Assembly (NCBI GenBank): GCA_024346625.1
Contig: AP024664.1
Span: 3,720,001-3,784,000, forward strand
DNA: 64,000 bases
Direction of reading: 5' to 3'
Source: Williopsis jadinii
Lineage: Eukaryota
This document shows positions 10,447 to 22,381 of this stretch, piece by piece (within the stretch, counting starts at the first letter, position 1; the number at the start of each line of letters is the position of its first letter). The position numbers and the translations under genes are program-made. Below the pieces are notes generated by a model. It was not told the origin of the DNA, did no database searches, and worked only from the letters and a program-made list of their open reading frames with translations.

Positions 10447-12159
10447 ATGTTTAAAGTACACAAACCATCCACAGCACACACGTCTCCGCCGACTACAGCG
10501 AGTGTGGACGTTTTACTCAACTCCTTAGATTTTGAAAATGCACTCCCGAAGCCAAAGATATTGAAATCGTGTATACGGTGCCGGAAACATAAGACCAAAT
10601 GTGATGCATTCGAAAGACAGCCCAATGCTTGTTCAAGCTGTGCAAAGAGAGGCGTTCAGTGTAAGATCGACTATGTGCTGCCACCACAGAGATCCGACAA
10701 TCTGAAAAATTTGGTTCAGAGCGTGAACGAGATTAAAAAGGAGTTTGGCAAGCTGGAGTCAGGTTATTCGCAGCTTTTCAAGGTTTTGGGGATTCAAGTT
10801 GAAAGCTTTGACAGCTGGAAAAGCCAGAAACTGGCGAACAATGAGGGAGAAGAAGAAGAAGCAGTTGACGATTTATCGCTGATTAAACTGCCAAATGGCT
10901 CATTTATATCGCTTCATCTCGTATCAAGCGACAAGTTGTTATTCAACAACATGCTCATATCGATAAACGAGTTGCACGCGAAAATCTCTCAATTGGTCTC
11001 TGAAATGACCACCTTGAACTCAATATTCGTATTCCAGGAGAAGACCGGGTATGATTCCGATTCTAGCACCGCATCATCTGCACCATCACCACACTCGCCA
11101 GTGGTGAAACAGGAGGGGCATTCACCTGGGGAAATCCCTAAACCAGGAGATGACAAGCTGAAGCTTTTTGACCTGGATTTATCTCCGGAGTCGCTCTTCA
11201 ACTCTAACCGGCTGATGTTGGTGATTCTGCTGGACTATTTCTATCCGTCTGAGAATAAGAACTGCTCAAGTTTACTGCTGAGAAATTTCTTGGATTCCTT
11301 CTACACGGTGATTGAGTCCTCGTCAAAGTCGTTGACCTCATCGACCTACTCCACACACGTGCTCACTTCGATAACTTCTACCCCTTCGCACTTCAGCAAA
11401 CAGCAGATGGCTGAACATGTCGGGGTGGAGATATTTAACGGAGACGATTTTCTACGCAGAGTTGTTGAGATTCTGGGAATGAATGCCCTTTTAAACGGGG
11501 ATTTCGACTCGTTATCCCACTTCATCAAGTTTGTCGAGCTCAACGTATGCTCCAACAGAAAGAAGCTGCACTTGGATAGAAGCGGTCATATGAGATTCTT
11601 TTCTATGTCCCTATATCTGCTGAACGTTTTCCAAAGATCTGACGACCAGCTCATCCAACGTAAGAGGTACAGATCCATCTCAAAGAACTATGAACTGTTG
11701 GAGGACCTACTCTGTGCATGGAACAAGTCTGAAGATGAGAACGAAGCGTACTTGAAAAAACTCTACAAGAAATTTCTGGTGAAGTTTGCACCTGTGTGGA
11801 ACTTCTCAAGCAGAGACCAACCATGGTTGATCCAATGGTTTAACGAATTACGAGTGATACTTGCGATGTCCCTAATACCATCTTTCCCAGAGTTTAAAAC
11901 GGTGCTATCACAGTACATGGGTTATCAAGATCCAAACAAGTCATTGTCACTGCTCATTGAGAACTATAGTTCTCAAAGACCGTGTGATTTATCACAGTTT
12001 ACACTCTGTTGTCCTCAAATGGCCCAGATGGCCAATTTGGCACTTTGTAAAGAACAAACTGGAGCTCACAATACGATTGATATCCAGATGATTTTGGAAC
12101 AAGTTGATTGGAGGAAGGACAGCACGGATGATGTGTTAAAGAAGATTGGCATTCTTTGA
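10447..12159 (+). CDS. Zn(II)2Cys6 transcription factor (Sef1/Leu3-like cluster)
   Basis: SCIRCRKHKTKCDAFERQPNACSSCAKRGVQC followed by a coiled coil; ATG 10447 preferred, ORF is open from 10273. Confidence 0.85.
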   Translation: MFKVHKPSTAHTSPPTTASVDVLLNSLDFENALPKPKILKSCIRCRKHKTKCDAFERQPNACSSCAKRGVQCKIDYVLPPQRSDNLKNLVQSVNEIKKEFGKLESGYSQLFKVLGIQVESFDSWKSQKLANNEGEEEEAVDDLSLIKLPNGSFISLHLVSSDKLLFNNMLISINELHAKISQLVSEMTTLNSIFVFQEKTGYDSDSSTASSAPSPHSPVVKQEGHSPGEIPKPGDDKLKLFDLDLSPESLFNSNRLMLVILLDYFYPSENKNCSSLLLRNFLDSFYTVIESSSKSLTSSTYSTHVLTSITSTPSHFSKQQMAEHVGVEIFNGDDFLRRVVEILGMNALLNGDFDSLSHFIKFVELNVCSNRKKLHLDRSGHMRFFSMSLYLLNVFQRSDDQLIQRKRYRSISKNYELLEDLLCAWNKSEDENEAYLKKLYKKFLVKFAPVWNFSSRDQPWLIQWFNELRVILAMSLIPSFPEFKTVLSQYMGYQDPNKSLSLLIENYSSQRPCDLSQFTLCCPQMAQMANLALCKEQTGAHNTIDIQMILEQVDWRKDSTDDVLKKIGIL

Positions 12160-12359
12160 GTCTCATTGAGGCCTTTCTTTTATATCTATTTTATTTCCTA
12201 TTTAACGATCCTCTTTTTTATTATTATTATGATGTTATTTATATTATTATGACTACTTTGTGAAGAGCAATGTCAGATTAACTGTGTGAAACTCATCCTT
12301 ACCCTCACTCGTGTCCAGTGTAATTAATTAATTTTACTAGATGACAATGATCAACACGC

Positions 12360-13286
12360 TCACATTCCAACTCTTTTGCGCTTGAGCTCTTCAACAACCA
12401 GGAAGATGATGATGGTGTTTGGACCCAGTCTGACGAAACTTGGTAACCAACCTCTAAACATGAAACCTGGACCTTCATTCTGCAATGCATGTGTGAGGAT
12501 TTGAACAACACTTTCACCGGAACCACTGGAGTTCATAATTCTCGTCTTCAACACATCAGCTGGAGAACAAATGGTGGTAGCAACGAGACCAGAGATTAAA
12601 GATGCGGAAAAGAACGTTGTAAAGGAATCCTTGTCCATATGCAAATGCTTAATGAGTTGATCCTTGGCGATGTCGTAAGTGACAACCTGGGAGGATGTCA
12701 TGAGGACACCTCTAAACAAGTTTGTACCCAAGCCACGGAACAGAGCAGATGCACCTTCTTCTCTGATGATTCTGTAAACACCATCAAATGCATTTCTATA
12801 GTTACGTCTCTCACCCTTTGGCAAACCTGTATCGTTCTGCATACGGATGTTGACGATATCAGAAGGGTTACCAACCATACCACCAACACCACCACTGAAC
12901 ATGGAGATTGGTAATAGATAGGACATCGAGCTTTGCTTATCAGCAGGGACATAGTTGTCCTTCAAGTATTCATAGACACCAAATCTCGTCAGCGAGTAGG
13001 TGGCCTGTCTGAGCAAGCCCGCAGACAACCCAGAATAGATCCCAGTTATACCATCATGCTTCAAAATAGATCCAGCCATTTGAAACAGAGTTGGCTTAGG
13101 AATAGGGGCAGTTTGGAGACGGACTTTCGCAAGATCCAGCGGGTGCGTACAGATACAAGCAACACCACCACCGAAACCTCCATACCAAAATGGCCATTTT
13201 TCACGCGGCTTTGTCGATGCTCTAGAATCAAGGGTTTGGGTATTAGCCGTAGAGCTAGCCAAAGCACTGGTCTTGTGTGACGACAT
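12360..13286 (-). CDS. DIC1: Mitochondrial dicarboxylate carrier
   Basis: PFWYGG, THPLDLAKVRLQ, GNPSDIVNIRMQND, CSPADVLKTRIMN carrier signatures; DIC1 is a known MAT neighbour. Confidence 0.95.
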   Translation of the reverse strand: MSSHKTSALASSTANTQTLDSRASTKPREKWPFWYGGFGGGVACICTHPLDLAKVRLQTAPIPKPTLFQMAGSILKHDGITGIYSGLSAGLLRQATYSLTRFGVYEYLKDNYVPADKQSSMSYLLPISMFSGGVGGMVGNPSDIVNIRMQNDTGLPKGERRNYRNAFDGVYRIIREEGASALFRGLGTNLFRGVLMTSSQVVTYDIAKDQLIKHLHMDKDSFTTFFSASLISGLVATTICSPADVLKTRIMNSSGSGESVVQILTHALQNEGPGFMFRGWLPSFVRLGPNTIIIFLVVEELKRKRVGM

Positions 13287-13754
13287 GGTGATGAATATAG
13301 CACTCCTGTTCTTGTGCAATGGACAGGATCAGAGGTCAATTATAAGCAGCAAAAGACGAGACTGAAACACCTTTTAAGGATGGAAAAGAGTGGACAAAAG
13401 AGACAAAAAAAAATTGTGTCTGCTGGTGCGCTTCTTCGTACATCGATGCCCACTTTTGGCGGTCGAAGGACAGAGTGAAAAAAAAGGAAACAGAAAAAAG
13501 GAAAAGAAAGCGAAAACATCGGGCTCGGCTTTCCGCTCTTGCTCTGTCAATTGTGTTGCGTTGTTGGAAAAACCGTTGAGATGAGGTTGACCGGGGAGAA
13601 TCGGGCGTAGATCGTTTACACCCACGGGCCCACAGAATGTTACAGTTCTTGGGCGGTACGTAAATGCCCGTCTTTGTGTCACACATAATTCTTTTGTTTA
13701 CATTTATTATTGAAAATGTTTACTTATCCTCTCCACATAGAGTGAGGCCAAATA

Positions 13755-15563
13755 TCACCGCTTATACAGATAAGGATGTGTTTTCCGTGTTACGGCTATT
13801 CTTGGTCCCATGTTGATGTCTAGATGCTCTCGGGCAATGTCGCGGATGATGTTTGCACGCTCAGTAGGGGTCAGCCTACGACGGCCTTTGAGTGTTCTAA
13901 GGACGTTTGGGTCTCCGAGGTGTTTGGCGATGATACTCTCACCACGATCCTTTGCATCCATCCACGGGTTCAGTACAATCTCTGGGATCCTGCCGTTGAG
14001 CCCCTCGATCTCACCAGAGTAGAAGCATTGGCCAGATGCATAGCTCTTCGTTACAAGTTTCTCCAACTTGATTGGTTTTTTTGGATTGTGCGGTGGTTTA
14101 ACGCTATTGTCTGACTCGCCCAACCGCTGTTTCTTTGCGCTCGAGCAAGAGTTGTGTACCTTGGTCGTTGCACCTTCAGGCTTTAGCAAATTCACAAACA
14201 GTTCACTCGGTTTGCCCAATTGACTCGTCCATTTCTTCTTGTTCCTAACTACGGTCTTGTACATTTTGTCAAGAAATCTGTCATCGATGGCCATATGCCA
14301 GTTGACACTCTTTAGGATATCAAGATCTGATCTGGAGCAGCTCAAAAGAGCATGGATGATTTGTTTATACGCTTCTTGTGTATCCTTAACTTTGCCTTGG
14401 AAGGAGCTCTTTAGGATACAGACTCCTTCTATATAGAGTTGAATTTCAAAAGAATCTGATAATGAAGGATGGAATTCAACAAGACAAGGCAAAGGATTGA
14501 AAACGGAGACAACTTCCTTGATTTTCTCTTTATAATCATCAGAAGGCTTGATCAGTTTACCTTCGTGGACCGTCTCTGGTGGCAAAGTTCTCAATTGGAT
14601 GTACTTTTTGAACTTCTTCCCATTCCTAATGCGTCCAAAGAGCCCGTCAAGGGAAATCAATTCTTCTTCACTATAATCATCCTTCTGTGAAAAGATATTA
14701 AACAGATCCTTAGAGTTCAGAAGAAACATCTTCAAAACAGCATCAGTCATTGCACCCTTGATGTCATCACACGGAGCACTCTGCATAACTAGTTTATTAT
14801 TAACTGTTAGCTTCACTGAAACTCCAGGTCCACCAGATACCAGAAAGAAATCTGCTTCAGCACAGGGAAATATATCATTAATGATGGAATCAGGCTGCGA
14901 ATGACATCTTCTCCACACAGTTCCATTTGACGGAATCTTCTTCAGTCGCTTTTCGAATTCTGGTCTTATACCAACAAGTTGTTTGTTACTTGGTAACACT
15001 CCGAGAGCTGTTTCAATTGTCTCCTTCTCAAATACCAGCAAAAGTTGCCTTATCCATTTCCTAATGGAACCAACTTCCAAGCTTTGATCTCTTTCTAATG
15101 CATTCAAATAGCAGTTGAAGTAAACAGCACTGTTCTCAATGTTTGTGGGTGTTTTTAAACCAATGGCTTTCCACAAATCAAGACCAATGACCCACCGGTG
15201 TAAATTCTCCTTCGAAGTGATTGTGCTTGTCAAGTGCTTTAGACGGTTGTCTTTGGTAAAATCCGGGAATTCTGCTTGGAGAAGATTATAAACAGTTACT
15301 CTCAAATCCGTGGATGGGATGAGGTTTAAGTTGAAGGGAGGCAGGAATTTCCCATCGCAGGACGAAACTAGTTCTGACAAGGATCTTAAAATCTCTGGGT
15401 CCCGTAATTTTGGAATACACATATCCTTGACATCAGCGTTTACAACTGAAGTGGAGCAATTGCTAATCAGTCTTAATGACTTTGCACTAAGTGGACTTGG
15501 AATCCCCCCACCAAGAGTTGAAGAGGTACACTTTATTGCAAGCTTGTTAAAGTTCGTGAGCAT
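13755..15563 (-). CDS. Degenerate (probably inactive) RNase III-domain protein with 2-3 dsRBD-like repeats; paralog of the adjacent gene
   Basis: IPKLRDPEIL, VYNLLQAEFPD, LTSTITSKENLHRW and YFNCYLNALERD align with the neighbour's RNase III domain but lack LExxGD and ADxxE; shared repeat blocks VFNPLPCLV/LFYPLVTVL and SDLDIL..IDDRFLDKMY/KDLDRL..VDSKYLDAVF. Confidence 0.7.
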   Translation of the reverse strand: MLTNFNKLAIKCTSSTLGGGIPSPLSAKSLRLISNCSTSVVNADVKDMCIPKLRDPEILRSLSELVSSCDGKFLPPFNLNLIPSTDLRVTVYNLLQAEFPDFTKDNRLKHLTSTITSKENLHRWVIGLDLWKAIGLKTPTNIENSAVYFNCYLNALERDQSLEVGSIRKWIRQLLLVFEKETIETALGVLPSNKQLVGIRPEFEKRLKKIPSNGTVWRRCHSQPDSIINDIFPCAEADFFLVSGGPGVSVKLTVNNKLVMQSAPCDDIKGAMTDAVLKMFLLNSKDLFNIFSQKDDYSEEELISLDGLFGRIRNGKKFKKYIQLRTLPPETVHEGKLIKPSDDYKEKIKEVVSVFNPLPCLVEFHPSLSDSFEIQLYIEGVCILKSSFQGKVKDTQEAYKQIIHALLSCSRSDLDILKSVNWHMAIDDRFLDKMYKTVVRNKKKWTSQLGKPSELFVNLLKPEGATTKVHNSCSSAKKQRLGESDNSVKPPHNPKKPIKLEKLVTKSYASGQCFYSGEIEGLNGRIPEIVLNPWMDAKDRGESIIAKHLGDPNVLRTLKGRRRLTPTERANIIRDIAREHLDINMGPRIAVTRKTHPYLYKR

Positions 15564-15917
15564 CTCCTGTGTGATGTTGTTTCCACTTTATGCACAACAG
15601 TCGAGAATAATCAACATTTGACCCGTTATATATAATTATACAACGGCGATATAGTTCTCTCAACAATGCAACAGGCGAAGCCATACTTGATACACTGCTG
15701 ACCCGGACAACCTATATATTTTGAAACCAAAGCAAAACTATACTATGTTGTCCTCATAATGGTGATCCGATTGATCTACGAATATGGTAATTTTTGATGT
15801 GCATTTACGGTGAAATTCAACGTTTCATGGAAATGTTCATCTACAACTTTACAGGAGCTTTGAAGTCTGAGAACTGTTTCATTAATTCATACAATACGTA
15901 CATATGCCTTGTTCATT

Positions 15918-17528
15918 TCATTCAGTGTTCGCCAGAAGGGTCTGCACGTGTTTCATCTTGGCGAACACAGCATCCAAGTACTTCGAATCCACTTTAAAGT
16001 ATCCCTTGACACCAATCAAGCGATCCAAGTCCTTTCTATCCAGATGAAATACCTTCAGACAACATTCCATCTTCCCTGAAATGATGGATTTAGCCTGGAC
16101 TTTCATCAATTCTGTTCCTTCAACAGTAAAGTAAACATCTGGTGAACCATTAGAGGAGTCAACTTTCAAAACGGTGACGAGGGGATAGAAAAGATTGGCT
16201 AAAGCTGTTGTAGGCTCTCTTGCCAGTGTAAATATCCATCTCTGATCTGTAGTTTGGTGCTCTTCGTAGATTACTGTTAAAGGAGCCGTGTGAAGCCAGA
16301 TAAAATTCTTAAAATGCTCACTTTGTCTTGCCCTCTTAATAGATCTCACAGCACGGTCCACAGCTCTAGCTGAAATTCTAGAGGAATTTTTTAAAGCCAT
16401 CTTGAGTATTGAAGGCTCAATTAGGAAGATTCTCCTTACAGAATTTCTCCTTGACCTGGCCATATTTACGTCGTTTCTCGATTCAGCTATAGTAACATCA
16501 CCAATTTTGATAGTTGTGGACCATAGCTTTGTCGAAGGTGAATGCTTATACTCAAACCGTGCAAGTTGCTTTCCAAAAAGCCAATCAACCACAGCTTCTG
16601 GATTAGTACCAGTCTCATACCAAAGGTCTGCAAACTTCATGTCCTCAGCTGTCGATTCCTCGGATATAGGCCCTTCTTTCTTTCTGGATATACTTTCCAT
16701 GACAGACTCTGATATCTCGGTATCAGGGATAGGGACTGCTATTGTATCTGGATGTGCCATGGTTTCCAATACAGATGTATCCACTCGAAAGAAGTTGTCG
16801 TTCATAGGCGATACTCGTTTCCTTTGAGATGTGATATTGATAGATTCATATTGTTGTCTTTCTCTCCTCTTCAGAACATCTCCAAGTGGAATTCCAGGAA
16901 AGCACTTCATCTTGTCAGTTATATTATTGTTGAAGAATGCTTTGATAAAAGTCTTTTCCAGATTTACAAGACTCTTCATGAGTATAACGACACTGTCATA
17001 ACCATGGGACGGGTCCTTTAACAAGGCACCGAAATACGACTCCATGAAATCAGCTTTCCGGCCACCAGAAAGGACAGTATTACTTGGTAGATTAAGGAGC
17101 CTATTTTGCATCTGTAAAAGCTCAAACCATTCTGAGAGCTTTTCATTAGAAGTCAGCTGACTTCTTAGTTGGTTCAGCAGCCCAGGATACTTCTCATGCT
17201 CAGGGTACATCTCATGCACTAGTTCCAGCACTATGAGATATATGGCTCCATCACCGATGCTCTCAAGCGTATGGTATGCTGTCTGGTCCCAGCTATTGGG
17301 ATCAAGAACCACCTTCTTCAAGACCGGGTCACATATCTGCGGGAGTATGATCTCTGCATTCAACGGTACCTTCGACGATCCACCAGAACTAGTGCCAATT
17401 GGTAGTGGGAATGCTGGTGACTTCCTCAGGTGTGAAGCACAAGAGAACCTCCGTACAGTATGGTGGAAGAGACAGCAACGGAGGCTCATTGAACTCCTTA
17501 CCACCAAGTGAGACATATTCCATGGCAT
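15918..17528 (-). CDS. RNase III domain + two dsRBD-like repeats (Rnt1/Dcr1-like), with presequence-like N-terminus
   Basis: LPQICDPVL (cf. Rnt1 LPEIQDL), HTLESIGDGAI (cf. ERLEFLGD), LTSNEKL, KADFMESYFGAL (cf. ADIFEAYIGAL); first ATG 17528, second 17516 (the track start at 17564 is TTG). Confidence 0.85.
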   Translation of the reverse strand: MPWNMSHLVVRSSMSLRCCLFHHTVRRFSCASHLRKSPAFPLPIGTSSGGSSKVPLNAEIILPQICDPVLKKVVLDPNSWDQTAYHTLESIGDGAIYLIVLELVHEMYPEHEKYPGLLNQLRSQLTSNEKLSEWFELLQMQNRLLNLPSNTVLSGGRKADFMESYFGALLKDPSHGYDSVVILMKSLVNLEKTFIKAFFNNNITDKMKCFPGIPLGDVLKRRERQQYESINITSQRKRVSPMNDNFFRVDTSVLETMAHPDTIAVPIPDTEISESVMESISRKKEGPISEESTAEDMKFADLWYETGTNPEAVVDWLFGKQLARFEYKHSPSTKLWSTTIKIGDVTIAESRNDVNMARSRRNSVRRIFLIEPSILKMALKNSSRISARAVDRAVRSIKRARQSEHFKNFIWLHTAPLTVIYEEHQTTDQRWIFTLAREPTTALANLFYPLVTVLKVDSSNGSPDVYFTVEGTELMKVQAKSIISGKMECCLKVFHLDRKDLDRLIGVKGYFKVDSKYLDAVFAKMKHVQTLLANTE

Positions 17529-17707
17529 AAACAAGCGTCGAGTTCTCGAAGAAGTAAAGGGCAACTACACTTCAACACCCAGACACCACCGGAATAACCT
17601 CGATACACCTCATTGGCTACAATCAACACTCTTTCAAATAATAAAATGAACTATGCTCAGTTCACAGCTAAGCTCTTGATACATACATATTTATATACAC
17701 AACCCAC

Positions 17708-20700
17708 TCAGAGACGCTCATCTTCAGCTTCTGTGAGGTCACCATCGTCTAGCAGGTCAGCGTCTTCAACCTCTGCGTGTTGAGCTGGTTCTCTTCCGAG
17801 ATCATCGTATGAGCCTGTATCTAGCGTAGTAGAATCCAACGACACAGATCTTCCAGAGACCCTCTCCTTAATGAGCTGGAAGATGCCTGTGATACCATTT
17901 ATGACAGGGCTTCCGATTTGCTCAATCAATTGCACTGATGCGACGACAGCAAAACCAACCATGGAAGAAACCTTGTTAAGGAATGAAGAGTTGTCGAACT
18001 CGTACTCTTGATCTTCACCAAGCTTGATTTGACCGTATCTACCAACGTAGTGGTGGTATATGACGTACAAAACGACAGCAACACCAATGATTGGGATGAC
18101 AATAACCAATGCCAAAGAAAGACCAGTGAGGCCTTTGTGCTTACGCTTGAATTCTTCCTCCTTACCTGGACATGCAACTGGCTCAATCTTGTCAAACTCA
18201 TGACCACCTTTACACTTGGTCAATGGAATTCTTCTGTAGCCTGTTGGAAGCCAGTACTCATCAACACCAAGCTCTTGACAAACAGTTGAATGGTCTGGTG
18301 GAGTGTAACCAGGAACCAATCTACATTCACCGTTACGGTCACGGAAGTAGTTGAAGTCACACTCATAGTCCTGTCTCGTACAAGCACATTCACGAACAAC
18401 TTCATATGGTTTATCAAGCTTCTCACCAATGTAACACTCTTTTCCTGGAATCTTTCTGTAGTACTGGGACACATGGCCAAACAAACAGTCGTCAGCTTGA
18501 TGTGGATGCTTTGGAGTCCAGAGGTCGAAATCATCATCATCTGGGTTAGCGAGGTCCAAGTTACACTTTCTCTTAAAGAGTTGTGAAAAGTCAATTTGGT
18601 AAACAGTAGACTTGTCACCCAGATTGGATGGTAGTCTGGTGAAGAGAAGGAACTTTCTGGAATCATCAGATGGGACAGTCGAGATATCTTGAACCTTTAC
18701 TTTGTGCTCAGTGAATTGGTAGTCGTTCCATGTAGCACCTTCGTCAAGAGAGTAAGAAAGTGTATTAGTTGAGTCCTCGGCATTAACGAGAACAATAATC
18801 GAACCCTGATCACCATACTCCCACTGGTACACCCCCTTTTTGATCTCTTTCCATGTATTACCACCATCTCTTGTCATGAAAGTGTTACCGTCCAAGTAGA
18901 GACCAAGTTTGTCACCAACGTTACCAACACCAATCATCATACCCACAGCAGAACCAGAGGAGAATGTGTCTCTGTAATCAGCTCTCTCGGTGTAACCGTG
19001 CAAATGCAAGGAACAGTCGTTGATAGACTTACCAGAACAATCGTACTTCTTTCCATTTGAGTCAACAGATGGAGGTTGCATGAAGTCCCAGTCAGCACCA
19101 TCGTTATGTGTGATCTTGGTCTTCAATTGTTTTTTGGCACCACGCTTAGCTTCAATTGGGTTTGCAACCGTGTTGATCACAGCAACACCTTCCAAATTCT
19201 CCAATTGTTCGAAATCAACGTAACCATACACGTCTCTGTTAACGTATTCATTGGACATGACATAAGAGGTACCGTTAGAATTGGACTTTAATAAGTGACC
19301 ATACTCTGTACCGGAACGTTGGTTCGTTGTAACATGAAGGAAGATAGCCTGAGACATGGCTGACAAGACAGTGTACGCCTGTTGCTTGTCAACACGGATA
19401 TTTGCTGGGAACAATGCGTCAGTCCAGTCTCTACCATTCACAGACACATGTGCCTTCAAAGAGCCATCGGCCTCGGCAGTAGCAGCAACCAAGTAATCAT
19501 CTTCCTGAACAAATCCTATAACATCCTTCAATGGAGTATTTGATGTTTGGAAGAAATCCGTGGAGACGAGCATTTCAGCAGAGTGAGTGGTGTGCTCGTT
19601 ATCCTCTCTGACACAGATGATGAGATTCTCATCAGTTGGCTCAAGCAAATGACCAATAAATTGACATGTGTTCACCTGTTCTTTCATCTTTTTGAATCTC
19701 TTACCGTAAGACAAGGTATAGTAGGTCACAGTTCTGCAAGTTCCTGTCAGAGAATCAGAGTCACAACCTTGCTGACCAATATAGATAAACCAGTTAGAAT
19801 GCTTAGGGTGGAATTGCAAAGGAGTAACACCTGGAATGTAGTTTGCTGGAGTTCTGAAGAACTTCCAGTTATCAGCACGGTCGGTGGAGTAGATGATCTT
19901 GTGATTTACGGAAAGCAAGTAGACATGATCCGTGTTGTGTGGATTGACAAATATGTCAAGAATCTCCTCACCTGGTGCAATCTCTTCCCAAGAAGAACCT
20001 TGATCATGAGTAACATAAGCGACATTGTGTTCAGTGACGAGGACAATGGTTTCATCTCTGAGGTTAGAGCCCGGAACACGTTCCAAATAAACGTATTTTC
20101 TAATCTTACCAGAGAAAGCAAACGAGGATGTCTTGACACGCCCATCATTGACACCTTCGTTAGACTTTTGCTTATCACCTTCACTCTCACCTGGATTGGT
20201 ATCTGGCTCAGTTTCATCTGGTCTATCATCCTCATCGTAATCAATAGTCTTGTGTCCTCCTGATCCTGACTCTTCTTGATAGTTTGGACAAACCTTTTGA
20301 TTAGTTCTAGACAAGTCGATACCCGTAGATGTGGAACAGACAGATCCTGGTCTCTTAGAGTAAGCAGCGAAGGGTGTGTAGTACTGAGCATTATTGATAC
20401 ACTGCGCATCCTTTGCACTTTGGTCACTGGCAGCATTGGTTGCAGGGATACAGTTACCATTGGAGTCTCTCTTGAAGTTAACTGCACAGACGAAATCACT
20501 CTGTGTACAAGGACAAGCATCTTCCACTGCAACTGGTTCCTTGAAGTTGTTTGCAACTTTACAGTTAGCGTTACGGACTCTTCTCTTGAACTTCTGTTGA
20601 TGCCCAAGGATACACATTGGCTCGTTGGAGTTGAGCGACTTAACGTACCAGTCCTCGAAATCACCATCTTCACACTTTCTGCTGTAAAGATCACTGAAGT

Positions 20701-22381
20701 CTAAAGAGTAGGTGTTGTATTGACCATTGACAGAGCCAACAAGCAAGAATTTGGAGGTTGTAGAATCTGGAGTTGTAGTCAAAGTCTTAGCCTTGACTGT
20801 GGCACCGAGACCAACCTGTTGCCAAGTTTGACCCATGTTCGACGAGTACTTGATGACATTGGTGTCAGACCCGTCTTCAACAGCTACAATAATAGAACCT
20901 TGATCACCGAATTCGAACAAATGAGCTCCAACCAACGTTCTTGACCATGATTTACCAGCATCCAAGGAGATGAAAGTATCACCTTCTTCGTATGATTTCA
21001 ACGAATCTCCAGTGTTACCAACACCGAGCAAGATTCCTGGGGCTGGGGATGAGAAGTATTTACCAGGTGCGTTTGGATCAACTGAGGCTCTATGGACAAG
21101 AGAATGGAGATGAAGATCACAAGAGCCAACACAGTTACCATCTGTGACTTGCATGTTCGACCAAGAAACACCTTGATCAAAGGAGATTTTGGACTTCACC
21201 ACTGGGTTTGAGTTATTGTTGATGACGTCCTTACCGTTGGATACGGTGTTGGCTAAGACAATACCGTCGATGGACTCAACAAGTTCGTAATCGACAACAC
21301 CTTGGGCGTCTCTATGGGTGAATTCCAGAGATTGGACAAAGTAGGAGCCGTTGAGTCCAGAGGAGAAGAATAGCTGGCCAACCTTATCAGTGTTTGCATA
21401 TTTCACGTCGACAAAGATCGAATACTGGGTGCCTTCAACCACTGAGAAGGTTCCAGACAGTGGAGTCCCCGCTGGGAACTCCACTCTTTGCCAATTGCTT
21501 CCATCGTATGAGACATACACATATGTTGATTCAGAATCGCTGAGATGGGCTCCCAGTGCGACGAGAGAATGAGAGCCTGCACCGAGTTTGGACACATCGG
21601 TGATCATCCCACCTTGATAAGTGAGGTACTGTTTAGAAGCAAACCAGTCATCAGATTTTGCTAAAACGTTCGTAACAGATGCACCTTCCCCTGGTATGAT
21701 ACATGTCACTGTGTTTGTATCCTTGGCCTCTGTGAATGGCGTGGCATCTGAAAAGATACATGAATAAGCAGTGGTCATAATTCTCATCTCATCAAAGTTA
21801 TCTCTGGTGTAGTAGTATTGTCTTTGACAAATCTCAGAACCAGAGGCACAGGCGCCGGCAAAGAGCGCATAATCACTCCGTTTACCATGGAAAATGATTG
21901 GAGAGTGTTTGGAGCCCAACGACTCAACAGAGTCGGTGGCTGGCTTATGAGGAGTCGTGAACTTCTTCCATGTGACACCTTGAGACACAGTCTTGAAATG
22001 TGTTGTATCATCTGAGATCGCATAGGCGAAGCCATGCTTATATGGGTGCTCGATGAGGTACTTGATCTTCACACCTTCGAAGTCAACCTTCGAGAACTTT
22101 GCTCCGCCATCCTTGGACAGGTAGACATCACCGGCAGACTGGTCCAGGTACAAGACGTTCTAAGGACAAATGTTAGTAAACACAGGGTAAACACACACGG
22201 CGGTAAACACATCACACATGGGCGCCATGTGTGATGTGGCGAACGAGATACATACGTCCGTATCCTCAAAGTAGACGAGCTCTGGGGCACCGCTGAACTG
22301 GGTGGAGCTGATCTTTGGCTCAAAGATGGCGTTGACGCAGTGCAGCAGGAGTACTAATAGCGATATAGAGCACAGCTGCAT
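17708..22381 (-). CDS. PEP1: Vacuolar sorting receptor Vps10/Pep1; 2 exons (22381-22256, 22159-17708), ~1525 aa
   Basis: Signal peptide in exon 1; intron 22255-22160 GTATGT...TACTAAC...TAG; two Vps10 domains with Asp-box SxDxGxxW motifs and Cys-rich regions; TM helix and acidic tail. Confidence 0.95.

Noticed and set aside
13755..17528. RNase III-like mitoribosomal proteins (MRPL3/MRPL15)
   Set aside because: One copy retains catalytic residues and an Rnt1-like LPxIxD start, both have multiple dsRBD-like repeats, and no mL44/mL57-specific motifs were recognised.
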